The notes beneath the pieces are model-generated. The model saw only the letters and a list, made by a program, of their open reading frames with translations. It was not told where the DNA came from and did not search any database. Below are positions 43,864 through 57,004 of a stretch of DNA of 64,000 bases, piece after piece. A program made the position numbers and the translations under genes. The number at the start of each line of letters is the position of its first letter. Within the stretch, counting starts at the first letter, position 1. The stretch is from Eledone cirrhosa. Taxonomy: Eukaryota. The DNA lies in assembly GCA_964016885.1 (NCBI GenBank), contig OZ024740.1, positions 324,694,001 through 324,758,000 of the forward strand, given 5' to 3'.

Positions 43864-44289
43864 GTGAAGAAGTGAAGAGGAAAGGGGGAGCGCCTCCTCT
43901 CTGGGCTTCCCCCGCGAAAAGAGTTGCACACTTTTCGGGGGTATGTGCAATCCCCAACACGCCCCCTCCCTTTTGAGGACTTTTTATTGTTATATTATTA
44001 TTGTTATTCCTTTTTTCTTTACTCGATTTATGTAAACTCCCCCACTGTGTAAATGTCCCCTCCTTTTGTGCCCTCGTGGCAAATAAATAGAAATTTATCT
44101 ATCTATCTATCTATCTATCTCTTTCTTTCTTTCTCTCTCTCTCTATCTGAATATCTTGTACCTCTCTCTGAATAATGGCCTATCTCACTTTCTCTCTACC
44201 TCTCCCCCTCTCTCTTTAGATGTATTTGAATGTATGTGTGTGTGTGTGTGTTGTTTTAGTGCAACCAACTAACCAATATTTATCTAGGT

Positions 44290-44448
44290 GCCGCATTAGA
44301 CAAAAATTTGAACATTTTATGAGTCCAAAACACTCATGGGAGCATAACGCATGTTTGTTCCAAATTTAAAGAAAATTGGTTGCAAACTGAAGAAGTTATG
44401 TGGGTATGGACATACAGACACACATCCTCAGTTTTATATATATAGATA
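44290..44448 (-). mobile_element. Possible Helitron 5'-end fragment, head-to-head with the large Helitron
   Basis: Minus strand tctatatatataaaactgaggatgtgtgtctgt resembles 44491-44525. Confidence 0.4.
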
Positions 44449-45094
44449 ATCTCTGATGAACGTGTTACCTCATCTCCCGTATTTAATCTCTCTATATATA
44501 AAACGGTAGATGTCTGTCTGTGTGTGCGTGTGTGTGATTTTTATACATTTCCACATTTCTCTGCCGATTTTGATGATTTCTTTTTCCAATGTGCTCCAAA
44601 TTAACCAGGGCTGGTCAACGCGTAATTATTTTTGCCAAAAATATCATGCTTCTATGAAAAAAAATCGATAAAACTAAATACATGCTGTAACCCTCTCTCT
44701 TACATGCTTCATTCCTCTCACTACTACCACAAAAAATATATGAAACTACATACATGTTGCAACTCTCTTTAAAAGGTTACTGCCTCCGTCTACTACCCTA
44801 TCAACATTACAATTTAGAACGACAAAACTTCTTTTGAAGGAACGCGACACACACTTTGAAACCTAAGGGACACATCAACCATAGCTTTACTCTCTCCGTC
44901 GCTCTTTCCTCTCTCTACAATAGATTATTCCCCCTCTCTATAGTCATAACGACACTCATACATCAAATGTCAAAATTTAAAAAGCCGATAACACTAAATA
45001 CATACTGCTCTATCAACGTTACATTTTACATCAAATAACAAATATTCAAAAGCAACAGATGAATTTATAAAACAACAAACGTAACAATAACGAC

Positions 45095-45930
45095 CTCTCT
45101 ATAATTTAACTGCTTTACTCACTCTGTCGCTCTTCACTCCCTATATGACAACACTGCAGAGAGAGAAACAATGTATATGATCAAAAGGAGCGTTCCGTAT
45201 ATTCTCCCCCTCTATAATTTAACTGCTTTACTCTCTCTGTCTCTCTTCACTCCCTATCACTGCAGAGAGAGAAACAATGTATATGATCAAATGGAGCGTT
45301 CCGTTTATTCCGCCTCTCTATAATTTATCTGCTTTACTCTCTCTGTCGCTCTTCACTCCCTATATGACAACACTGCAGAGAGAGAAACAATGTATATGAT
45401 CAAAAGGAGCGTTCCGTATATTCTCCCCCTCTATAATTTAACTGCTTTACTCTCTCTGTCTCTCTTCACTCCCTATCACTGCAGAGAGAGAAACAATGTA
45501 TATGATCAAATGGAGCGTTCCGTTTATTCCCCCTCTCTATAATTTAACTGCTTTACTCTCTCTGTCGCTCTTCACTCCCTATATGACAACACTGCAGAGA
45601 GAGAAACAATGTATATGATCAAATGGAGCGTTCCGTTTATTCCGCCTCTCTATAATTTAACTGCTTTACTCCCTCTATCGCTCTTCACTCCCTATATGAC
45701 AACACTGCAGAGAGAGAAACAATGTATATGATCAAAAGGAGCGTTCCGTATATTCTCCCCCTCTATAATTTAACTGCTTTACTCTCTCTGTCTCTCTTCA
45801 CTCCCTATCACTGCAGAGAGAGAAACAATGTATATGATCAAATGGAGCGTTCCGTTTATTCCCCCTCTCTATAATTTAACTGCTTTACTCTCTCTGTCGC
45901 TCTTCACTCCCTATATGACAACACTGCAGT
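45095..45930. repeat. Helitron-internal minisatellite, about 7.5 units of about 113 and 106 bp
   Basis: tataattt starts near 45099, 45213, 45319, 45432, 45538, 45651, 45764 and 45870. Confidence 0.9.
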
Positions 45931-46039
45931 GGAGCGTTACGTATTGGCATACGGCTTATCTGGGCATTTTCAATCGGCTTATTACAAATAACAACCCGCA
46001 AAATAACACTTCATATAACAGATTAATGCTATAGACATA

Positions 46040-48765
46040 TGAATCGGAATGTAACCCGTGAACTTTTTCCTGGGCAAAATTATTCGAACAGACATGACCT
46101 AATTGCCAGAGTGTTCAGAATGAAACTGACTAAACTCATGGCTTTAGTCAAAAAGGTCAGGTATTTGGAGCTGTAAAATGTGACATGTTCACCGTCGAAT
46201 GGCAAAAACGAGGGCTGCCACATGCTCACATTTTGATTTGGTTAGCTGATAAAATCAATTCAAATGCCATAGACAGCTTCATTTCAGCTGAAATCCCTAA
46301 CCCAGCAACTGACCAGGAATTACATGACATCGTCAAAGCTAACATGGTCCGTGTGCATCGCGTCCTAATGAGCATCACACGTGTCTGAAGGGGGTGGGGG
46401 CATGCAGTAAGTGATACCCCCAAAAATTTGTTGACGAGACTCAGACTGGTGGCGATGAGTACACCTCGTACAGGCGGAGACGGCCCGCGAACGGTGGATT
46501 CACCACAACAGTAAAGGGAGGTCAAGTCGACAATCGATGGGTGGTCCCTTACTACCCGCTTCTCTTGAAGATGTTCAACGCCCACATGAACATTGAGTTT
46601 TGCAACTCAGTCAAGTCTATAAAATACATATGCAAATATGTAAATAACGGCTCTGATGAGGTCACAGAATACCTGGCGGGGCGGTACATCAGTAGCAATG
46701 AAGCTTTTTGGCGCCTATTTGGTTTCCCCCTACACCAACGGCACCCCGCCATCGTACAGCTTGCGGTACATTTGGAAAATGGGCAAACTTTACGGACCAA
46801 AAGGCCGCCAAGCTGGTTTCTGACAGGTTTCTTCAAACTGTGCCAGTTCGATACATTTGCGCAAACAATTGTGTACCCCCAGGTTCCATCCAACTTTATA
46901 TGGTCGAAAAACACTTGGGTGCGAAGAAAGTCAGGTCAGGCTGTTGAAAGACATCCTGGTGTAAAATTTGACAGCTGTCTTGGAAGGGTTTACACTGTGC
47001 CCCCAAGTCAGCATGGTGGCCTTCTTCTCCGCCTTCTTCTGCATGAAGTTGTAGGCCCACAAAGTTTTCAGGACCTCAAAACTGTTGATGGAGAAATATG
47101 TGATACGTACCGGGAAGCCTGCTTTAAACGTGGTCTTTTGGAAGATGATTCGCAATGGGATTCCACTTTAGCAGAGGGTACTTTGTTGAAATCACGTAAA
47201 GGTCTACGGGAACTCTTTGCCATTTTGCTTCAAAAGTGTGAATTGGGTGATCCCAAATATTTATGGGTCAAGTACAGACTTCATGTCTGAGGATTTCCTG
47301 CGCCTGGCTCATCTGCAGTATCCTTCAGTGGAAGTTGCTTACAGCGGCATTATCTACAACAGGGCACTCATTGATATCGAGGACGACCTCCTCGACATGG
47401 GTGGGAGTGAGTTGTCGACGTATGGCTTGCCGTCAACCGTCAGAGAGAAAGCTAACACGTTGGCACCGGATTTGTTGTGGGAAACAACATATGACATGGA
47501 ATCTCTTTCCCAATACTTAGAGGAAAAATGAGCCCAAACGTCTGTCGGACCAAAGGTTGACGTATTTAACTATCGGTTCAAAATCAGACTGGGCGTATTT
47601 ACTTTCTCGATGCTCCTGGGGTACCGGAAAAACCTTTGTAACAAAATTGATTCCCGCTAAGATTCGTCAGGAGAAAATAATTGCGTTGGCCGTTGCATCG
47701 TCCGGGATCGCTGCTACTTTGCTGCGGAGATGCAGGACAGCACATTCAACCTTTAAACTCCCCTTGGATTTAGTAAAAAATGAGACACAATCATGCAATA
47801 TCAGCAAGAGTTCACACGAAGATTTGGTTCTCGAAAAATGTTGCCTCATTGTTTGGGATTAGTGCACAATGGCACACAAGGGTGCCCTTGAGGCATTGGA
47901 CTAGACCCTGAAAGACATTAGGGATTCTACGGCTCCTATGGATGGCGTAACCCTTCTGCTATCAGGGGATTTTGGCAAACACTGCCTGCCAGCCCAAAAG
48001 GGACAATAGCTGATGAAGTGCGTGCCTGCCTTAAGTCGTCCACGTTGTGGCCCCAGGTGAAGACTTTGTACCTGAGCACAAATATGCGTGCTCATTTGCA
48101 TGGTGACAACATGTCTGCAGTATGTGCTCAGAACATTTTAGCACTTGGTGAGGGCAAGGTCCCTGCGGATGACAATCGACTCCCTGTGCAACATTGTGAG
48201 CAGCCCTTCTGACGTTTGGGAGGAAGTTTTTCCTAATGTCTTATCTAACTTTAAAAACTTCGATTGGCTCAGCGAAAGAGCCATCCTTGCTCCGAAAAAT
48301 GCCATGGTTAATTTTATTAACGAGTAACTGATTGAGAAAATTCCCGGTAAAGAGCACATCTTCAAATCTATCGACCGGACGTCAGACCCCGACGATATCG
48401 TTAATTATCTGGTTGAGTTATTAAATTCCCTTGAGCCTCCAGGGCTCCCACCTCACATTCTTAAGCTTAGGGTTGGCTGTCTCATTATGCTAATAAGGAA
48501 CTTGCGCCCACCAAAGCCAAAACAGTGCAACGGTACTCGCATGGTCGTCAAGTCAATGACGCCCCACTTGATTGAGGCCACCATTTTAATGGGGTGCTGG
48601 AGAGTGGAGAACGTTTTCATTCCAAGGATGAACCTTTTCCCCTCGCAATGCTTCTCCCATGGTCAACTTTATGTTGCCTGTTCCCACGTAGGGAGCAGGT
48701 ATGCACTTTTTGCTTACACTCCTCAAGGGATGACACGCAATATCGTCTACAAAGAGGTGCTATAG
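46040..48765 (+). pseudogene. Helitron Rep/Pif1 helicase pseudogene
   Basis: VEWQKRGLPHAHILIW (HUH), IKYICKYV, GTGKTF, VASSGIAATLL, TAHSTFKLP, LAPKN, FSHGQLYVACS; many stops and frameshifts. Confidence 0.93.
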
Positions 48766-49088
48766 ATGTTGGTTCAGGTGTTGGATGTGTTAGAGCTATG
48801 CCGTCTGGAAAACTATTTCCTGGTAGGGTCACTCATGGCGGACAGATCTGACACCCAGCGGCATCAGCGCCACCATCTTGCAACTTTGGTCTGCTAAATT
48901 CACAATTGGAAGATTATTAGCCCATCATTGATTGTCCAAAATGTTAATTGGTTCGTAACTTTTAATAACCGGTTAAACTGCTTTATGCACTTAATTGATA
49001 AGCCTACTCGCTTTCAAGCCACGTTTACCTGTATGTAACTTTTCATAGCAAATGAATAAACTCGAGCAACGCCGGGTTAAACTACTTG

Positions 49089-49149
<61 letters not shown>

Positions 49150-49155
<6 letters not shown>

Positions 49156-51306
49156 TAAAATAACAGATTAAAGTTTAAGCAAAGAATCGCTGCTTTCACC
49201 CTTAACGGGATCTTCTGAAACTAACAAAGTCAATCTGTAAACGCAGAACTGGATATTTCAAAAAACGTTGCAACTGGAGGAGGACAGGAAGACGATACTT
49301 TGGTTTGTGGTAACGTTCGCTGGCAAAGAACGGGAAAAAACGAATAATACGTCATTAATAGGAGCGGTGAAAAACAATTACGCGCAAAGACAAAACCACG
49401 TTTATGGTATAAAAGAGGTCGTAGACTAATGTTCTCTTAGGTGGTGCATAGAGACGTTCTCTGGCAAAAGCTCTTGCTCGAAGTGGATTTGTCGATAAGG
49501 TAGGATATACAGAGTATGAAAATAGACCTAGAAGAAATAGATCCCGTCGCATTTGTTGGTTTAACCCACCATATAATATGGAGGTGGCCACACCATTAGC
49601 TAAGATCTTTCTTTCCCTTATTACGAAGCATTTTCCTACACATAAATATAGTAAAATTTTTAATAGAAATACTATTAAAATTTCTTACTCTACGACTCCT
49701 AACCTTGCACATAACATCACAGCTTCAAATTTAGCTAAACTACCTAGCCGTAGGAACACGTGCAACCCTGTAGTTAGTACTAACTGTAATTGTAGGAATC
49801 GGGCTGATTGCCCCCTATCCGGGAAATGCCTCTCTAGTAGCATTGTCTACAAATGTAAGGTTGTAACACCCACGTCCCGTAGGGCCTACATAGGGTTAAC
49901 CGCCAATAGTTTCAAGCAGCGTCTTTACATGCATACCCATTCTTTTCGTTACCCTCTAAGAAGGAATATGACGTCACTTTCAGCTTATATCTGGAGTCTA
50001 AAAGACAACCACACCCAATATAAGTTACACTGGGAGATCCTAGCTAGGGCTAGATCGTATAACGGAAATAAATGACCATGTGACCTCTGCGCCGCTGAGG
50101 CCCTGGAAATACTCTACGCCACAGACCACATCTTAAACAAAAAATCTGAGGCAATTTCGGCTTGTAAACATAAATTGCACAAAACTTTCCTGTATTACAG
50201 CCCCACGTTATACCCTAACGGATAGCACGATCTATACGTGGATATTTTACGTCTTGATGTGGGAGCTAAGTATATGTTTTGTTTATTCCTTTACTTATTT
50301 GCATAGGTAAGTATATATTACCCATATGTTTTGTGAAGGTATGTATACCTTCTCGTACGTATATTTGACTGTTATGGCGTATCATTTTTACATATTCTGG
50401 TATTTAGGGTTTGGCTATGTGTATACGGGAGTTTTGCGTCCGAGTGAGTATGCAGATTCGTACGTATGGTGGGTGTGTGTATATGTGTACTTCTTGTTTT
50501 AATTGACTTACCTATCCGACATTCGTGTATTTATATGTAGGTATGTGTGTGCGCTTGTTATATACGTATTTATCTTATATACGTTTATATAATTATTTAT
50601 TTATTTGTACACAAGCATACACACACACACATATTTATATGTGCGTGGTTTTGTATACCTATGGTAAGGTTTTGCGTATTCTTGTGTATGTACGTATCTG
50701 TTTGCGTGTATGTGTTTATTTGTTTCTATTACTTCTGTATTGTATTTATTTACTTTGTTCTTAACTCTGTAGCGGAGATTCATTTGGTCTCCTAGTTAGA
50801 ATTTTAGTCTACGACTTCTGCTATACCATTTACGTGGTTTTGTCTTTGCGTGCTTTTGTTCTCCACGCTCCACATATGACTTATTATCTTCGTTTTTTCG
50901 TTCATTGCCGGAGAACGTCTCTATGCACCACCTAAGAGAACATTAGTCTACGACCTCTTTTATACCATAAACGTGGTTTTGTCTTTGCGCGTAATTGTTT
51001 TTCACCGCTCCTATTAATGACGTATTATTCATTTTTTCTCGTTCTTTGCCAGCGAACGTTACCACGAACCAAAGTATCGCCTTCCTGTCTTCCTCCGGTT
51101 GCAACGTTTTTTGAAATATCCAGTTCTGCGTTTACAGATAGACTTTGTTAGTTTCAGAAGATCCTGTTAAGGGTGAAAGCAGCGATTCTTTGCTTAAACT
51201 TTAATCTGTTATTTTAATAAATATTTGCTCTACGGTTCTTATATATTTGATATATATTTTCCTTATCGAGCCCTCTTTGGATTTTAGTCTTCAATTTTAT
51301 TATTAT

Positions 51307-51310
<4 letters not shown>
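49150..51310 (+). mobile_element. 5'-truncated Penelope-like element (Naiad-like) with inverted pseudo-LTR, inserted in (TA)n
   Basis: WFNPPY..., KIFNRNTIKISYS, CNCRNRADCPLSGKCL, IVYKC..AYIGLT, CDLC..LNKKSE..CKH; arms 49150-49467 and about 50905-51223. Confidence 0.9.
51150..51200 (+). ncRNA. Hammerhead-topology motif with variant core CAGAAGA (8 copies in the window, one lacking the 5' stem I strand)
   Basis: agttt-CAGAAGA-tccy-gttaa-gggt-GAAA-gcag..ttgc-TT-aaact. Confidence 0.55.
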
Positions 51311-51343
<33 letters not shown>

Positions 51344-51481
51344 TAAAAGGGAAAAGAAAATGCTGACAGATTTTTTCCAGTGAAAAATAGTTTAATTAGG
51401 AATAAGTATAAATTAGTGTTAGTTTTAAGTTTTTTACCGGTTGCGCATTTCAAATGCTTTTCAAAAAAAAAAATAAAATAA

Positions 51482-51525
<44 letters not shown>

Positions 51526-52080
51526 TCGATCGACTTTCGTCAAATCGGACCGAAGAAACGATGTTTCGATTGGTCTTTCCAGTCGCTAATACTCTCTATA
51601 GGTCAGGTAGAAGGCGCAACGTGAAATAAAGTCTCTTGCCCAAGGATATAATCCATCACATGGTCCAGGAATCGACCGCACAGTCTTACGATTGCGAATC
51701 TAATTCTCTAACCACTCAGCCACACGCCTTCACACGCGCGCACACACACACACACACACATTGACGAACATTGATGACGTATTATGTTCGCTATTTTCCG
51801 TTCATTGCCAGGGAACGTCTTCACGAACCAAAGTATCGTCTTCCTGTTTTCCTTCGGTTGCAACGTTTTTTGAAATATTTACTTCCGCGTTCATAGATTG
51901 ATGTTTTTAGTATTAGAAGATCGCGTTCAGAGTGAAAGCAACGATTCTTTGCTTAAACTTTAATCTGTTATTTTAATTTATATATGTATATATATAAAAC
52001 TAGGGAAGGATGTATGTATGTATGTATGTATGTATGTATGTATGTATGTATGTATGTATGTATGTATGTATGTATGTATG

Positions 52081-55000
52081 TTATCTCTTTCTCTTAATTT
52101 CGAGTATATTTTTTTTGACCGGCCACCTTCCTGGTGGCAAGGTTGTAAAAGAAAAGAAATTGTCATCCGTTGAATCGCAAGAATGTTTTGCAAATTTTGA
52201 AGGTGCCAGCTATCGCAGCCATTTGTAGACTATGAATTAGGGAGCTGCGTTTTTTGTCCGCAAATCCAAGTTCAGTCATACTTTGGTCCAAGCGGGTTGG
52301 TATATAACCCGTAGCTCCAATAATGATGGGTATGAAGCTAAAGGTGTATCTTGGATACTGGATTTGTAAACTCCTCATCAATGGTCCGTAGATGTCCTCC
52401 TTCTCCTGTATTTTTCTGACAACGTTTACATCAAATGGGCAGCTGATCTCCACAACAGAACACGTTTTCAATGTGTGGTCCCAAACAACAATATCAGGTC
52501 GGTTGTGCTTTAATTTGGTGGCAGTTTTTATTTTCAGGTTCCACCAGTATTCCTTAGTGCCATCTGTCTCAATATATTCCTCCTCGTTTGTTGTTAATTT
52601 TGTTTTCATGCTCATAAACCTGGGCAAGATGGTTGTCAACCTTTTTCCTCTGTTGAAGGTGTTGCTTCAGTGTTACTATCCGGGTCTCATATGTTGTTAA
52701 TATTGATTTTAGGCCCCGGCCACCTTCCTTGCGTGAGAAGTATAGCCTATCCACATCACCATTGATGTTAAAGTTCCCAGTAACACTGAGAAGTTTTCGA
52801 GTTCTAACATCCATCTCACTTAGTTCTTGCAATGACCAGTTCAGCAGGCCAAATGTTGGCGTTAGAATTGGCACAGCATAAGTATTGTGGGCAATGTATT
52901 TGTTGTATGCTGACAGTTCTGATGACCATATTTTCTTTACTCTTCTGAGGTATTCAGTTCTGGTTCTCTCCTTATTTATGGGTCCATCATATCTGACATT
53001 CTCATCATGTCCAAGATATCTGTAGTTGTCACCTGACTGCAGAGGTTGTATTGTCAGGCCGTTCATCTCTAGATTTCTAGAGGAGGGCACAGCTCTTCCA
53101 CGTTTTACTGCCAAATATGCACACTTGGACTCACCAAATTTAATTTTGATGTCGGTTGAAAATTGTGTAATGAGGTCCAATTGTTTCTTGATGTCATTGA
53201 TATTTGGCCCATACAACTTCAGGTCATCAACAAAGAAAAGATGGGAGATACTTCTGGGCCCATTTCTTTGTCAACCTTGTTTCCTGAGTAGGTAAGATAG
53301 TGGATTCAGTGAGAGAACGAAGAGTAGCACTGACAAGGTATCACCCTGAAAGATGTCCTTCTGGTAATGTATCTTATCAGTCTTAACTTGCTCCTTCTCA
53401 CCTCTAAGGATCAAATTGGTGTACCAGTTCTTGGTCAGGCGTTCAACAGCAGCTACCCATTGTTGTGGGACTTTAGCTAACTGTAAAGCCTTAATAATCC
53501 ACCCATGAGGTACACTATCAAATGATTTTTGATAGTCCAGCCACACCACAGTCATGTTTCTGCGATTCTTTGTTGTTTTTTCCTGAATCATTTTGTTAGT
53601 TAGTAGGTGATCTATGCAACCCCACACCTCCCACTTTCCACCAGCTTGCTCAGGTGTTATGATGTTGTTGGTAGCACTGTGATCTTGTAAGAACAGGTTA
53701 AGGCACCCAGTATATAATTTATACATGATGTTTTGGCAGGCTATTGGGCGGTAATTTTTAGCAAGTGTGGTTTGGCTATTTTGGGGAATGAGGAGAGTAG
53801 TGGCAGTTGATAACTATCTGGGCAGTTCTTGTGTGCCTTTAATGGTTTCTGTAAACAGCCGTATGAGATCTTGCCGATAGAAAGTGAAATTCTTCAACCA
53901 GTATCCTGTAATGAGATCTGGGCCTAGCGATTTCCTATTCGACATTTTCTGTAGAGCTGTTTCCAGTATTGACCCATCTATGTCATATTGTTTTATCTGG
54001 ACATGTTGGCAGTAGTCCTGTTCCAGTTCTTTCAGCCAATTAGCTTGTCTGTTGAATCCGTCATCCGTTTCCAATACAGATCTCCAGTAGCTCTCAACCT
54101 GTTCTTCGTTTACAGGGATTGAGCTTTTGCCACCGAAGCTGCGATAAACTGATTTAGGATCTCTGGCAAACAATCTACTTAGCACTTGTCGTTTATGTGC
54201 TGTTGACTTATATTTTAGTCTTTCTGTTGTAGCTGTGAGTTGTTGTTTCAACTGGTGTAATTTGGAGTTCAAAGTTTTAAATTTTGTATCTCCAAATCGT
54301 CTCTCTAACTTTTTCTTTAGGTCTTCCTGGTGTCGTGTGAAGTTGCTCTCTATGTTGCATTTCATAACGACTGCGATGTGTGAGATACTTCGTCTCAGGG
54401 ACAAAATTTTGGTTTTTAAATTTCGCATCCACGCTGGTTCAGGCTTTCTGTTTGTATCTTGATTGCGTGGTTTTAGATGTGTGTTATGTGATAGCAATGT
54501 GACAGCTGAAACATATAACAAAACATTAAGCGTTTCAAATGTCGTTTCTACACCTTTAGATCGTATAGCCTTCAAATAATTGCCAGCTATTTCGTTCACC
54601 GCTTCCAATTCCAATTTAGTGGGTTCTTTACTGATTCTGGTGTTGTATGGTCTGTCACTCACATTAAGGCTGTGTATCTCTTGAAACATATCATTCCATA
54701 TCACTTGTAGGGTGTCCACAAGTTTTTGGTGCTCTGTTTGTTCAGTAGCGTCATGAATTTCAGCCTCGTTGTTGATGTGGTGACAATTACTACTAGAGTT
54801 AGCTGACCTTTCTCGCTGTTCTTCAGTGGAAGTGGGATGGATTTCAGCAAAATTGTTGGTGAGCTGTTCACTGTTAGATTTAGCTGGCCATTCTTTTTGT
54901 CTGTCAGTGGAGGTGGGGTGGTTGTCTACAAGGGCTGTATTTGTAGTATCACTCAATTCCGTTAGATGTATCAATTTACATCTAATGATACGTTTTGCCT

Positions 55001-55831
55001 GTTCATTTAAATGGTTTGGAGAAAAGTCTAATTCTGGGTGTTTGGAGTTCCATAAAGTTTTTAGCCTTTGCATAAAACCGAACTTTTGGGGTTCAGATTG
55101 TTTGTATGCTTCATATAATACTTTGTTAAGCTCGTAGCTCCATTGTATACAACGGTTGTAGTTGCGATTTGGTCGAAGGAGACTTGTACTTTTTGCCATG
55201 ATGAGTTCGTCTATTCACTAATATTTCGTATTTATTTTTCAAAATAGTCGATGATCTTCTTTAAAAGTTTCGACAAAGTTCTGTCAGAATCAAATTTAAA
55301 GTTATTCACAGCTTGGGTAATATTTCTTTTCAGTTAGTTTTTAATTCTACAACTGTGTTTTAAACGTTGTTCTTGAATCGTTTGAATCGAGAACAAAAAG
55401 AACCGTTACTTAGTATATTCCTTTATCAATGTAATATAATATAACAACGCTGTATTTATATGTTAAAGTTTATGTATCATTCATATAAATAGGTGTTCTA
55501 CAACTTATTCACAACATATTCACAGTTCAAACACTTATGTTTTTGTTTCTGAATCGAAAACGTTACTTGTATATTTCTTTATAAATGTAATATAACAACG
55601 TTGCATTTATATGTTAAAGTATATGTATCGTTCATATATCATAAGTGTATGTATCGTTCATATAAATAGGTGTTTTACAACACACTTACAGTTCAAACAC
55701 TTATGTAGAATTTTGTATGTAATCTTACCGCGTAATGTAGCTCAACTTTTTCCAATATATGGTATGTTGCCTTCATGTAAGCCGTAATTACACACGTCCG
55801 ATTATCGGACACTGACCACAACGGTCGCCAT

Positions 55832-55832
<1 letters not shown>
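52081..55832 (-). mobile_element. R4/Dong-clade RLE non-LTR retrotransposon with both ends present, internally disabled, between (TATG)n tracts
   Basis: N-terminal WSYELNKVLYEAYKQSEP, RT motifs WLDYQKSFDSVPH, IFQGDTLS and HLFFVDDLKLY, GGRGL, RLE RPDIVV..EISCP; stop at 53814, frameshifts, deletion near 52650-52700; duplicated segment in the 5' UTR. Confidence 0.9.
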
Positions 55833-55863
<31 letters not shown>

Positions 55864-55900
55864 TGTATGTATGTATGTATGTATGTATGTATGTATGTAT

Positions 55901-56988
55901 GACCCCTTAGCCTTTGTCAGGGCAGAATTATAGGAGAAGGAAAACTCTGATATAACACCTGCAACCCTGATGGTATCCAATGATGTTGACTTGTTCTTCT
56001 TTTTGGTAAATATCATCTTGGTTAAGAGAGTGGGACTGGCTTTGTGCAGTGCCTTTGCTCACTATAAAAGCTTCACGGCACAGGCATTGCTTTATATCTG
56101 GAGATCTCTTTGCTCTTGTTGTTACATGGTACCATGGGCCCAGCACTATGTGTCAATAATTGTCGCAAGTGTAGTGTTTGTACCAGAGTTTACAAGTTGC
56201 TGGCTGGACTAAAAAGTCACACTCGTTCAGCGCATCGGTAGGAGTTCTCCTACATGGATATAAAGTAGTGGCCGTACTCGAAAACGAGTTGGCAGCCACC
56301 ATGTATGTATGTATGTATGTATGTATGTATGTATGTATGTATGTATGTATGTATGTATGTATGTATGTGTGTATGTATATCAGGTCACCAGTTGGTGCTA
56401 CTGGTAACATGTATCCCAGTACAACCTGTCTCATGGTCGGGTCGTTGGCGACTAAACTGGCAACCCCACCAAGGTTTCTTGGTGAGGAGGGTGACTTTGG
56501 ACATCCTGCAGGACTAAAAACAAAACCTGTCATAGGGCAAAGGAGCTCTTATGAGTCAATGGCCATCCAAAATCACCGGGAGAGATGACCCCTTAGCCTT
56601 TGTCAAGGCAGAATTCTAGGAGAAGGAAAACTCTGATATAACACCTGCAACCCTGATGGTATCCAATGATGTTGACTTGTTTTTCTTTTTGGTAAATATC
56701 ATCTTGGTTAAGAGAGTGGGACTGGCTTTGTGCAATGCCTTTGCTCACTATAAAAGCTTCACGGCACAGGCATTGCTTTATATCTGGAGATCTCTCTGCA
56801 CTTGTCGTCACATGGTACCATGGGCCCAGCACTATGTCTCAATAATTGTCACAAGTGTAGTGTTTGTACCAGAGTTTTCAAGTCGCTGGCTGGACTAAAA
56901 AGTCACACTCGTTCAGCGCATCGGTGGGGTTTCTCCTACATGGATATAATGTAGTGGCCGTACTCGAAAACGAGTTGGCAGCCACCAT
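55901..56988 (+). mobile_element. Two tandem bipartite RTE-derived elements (55901-56302 and 56378-56988, the longest copy); diverged relative at 60225-60560
   Basis: Same family as 26416-26830; each ends gcagccaccatg(tatg)n. Confidence 0.8.
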
Positions 56989-57004
56989 GTATGTATGTGT
57001 GATT

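Larger units (their letters stand above)
38393..44097 (+). mobile_element. Near full-length Tx1/L1-clade LINE
   Basis: 5' UTR, ORF1 with CCHC knuckle, ORF2 APE-RT-Zn, 3' UTR with AATAAA; (TC)/(TCTA) flanks. Confidence 0.92.
44487..49088 (+). mobile_element. Helitron (decayed autonomous copy)
   Basis: 5' A|TC start; 3' ctcgagcaacgccggg hairpin plus CTTG|T; Rep and Pif1 coding remnants inside. Confidence 0.85.

Noticed and set aside
45095-45930. CRISPR-like periodicity
   Set aside because: Head-to-tail tandem units without unique spacers, in eukaryotic DNA
50073-50075. In-frame TGA in the Naiad-like ORF as possible selenocysteine
   Set aside because: It lies two codons before the CxLC motif, at a position that is usually basic rather than a conserved Cys; more likely CGA>TGA decay, and no SECIS was identified
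55760-55832. HDV-like ribozyme at the R4 5' end
   Set aside because: Only two simple hairpins are visible; no nested double pseudoknot could be built
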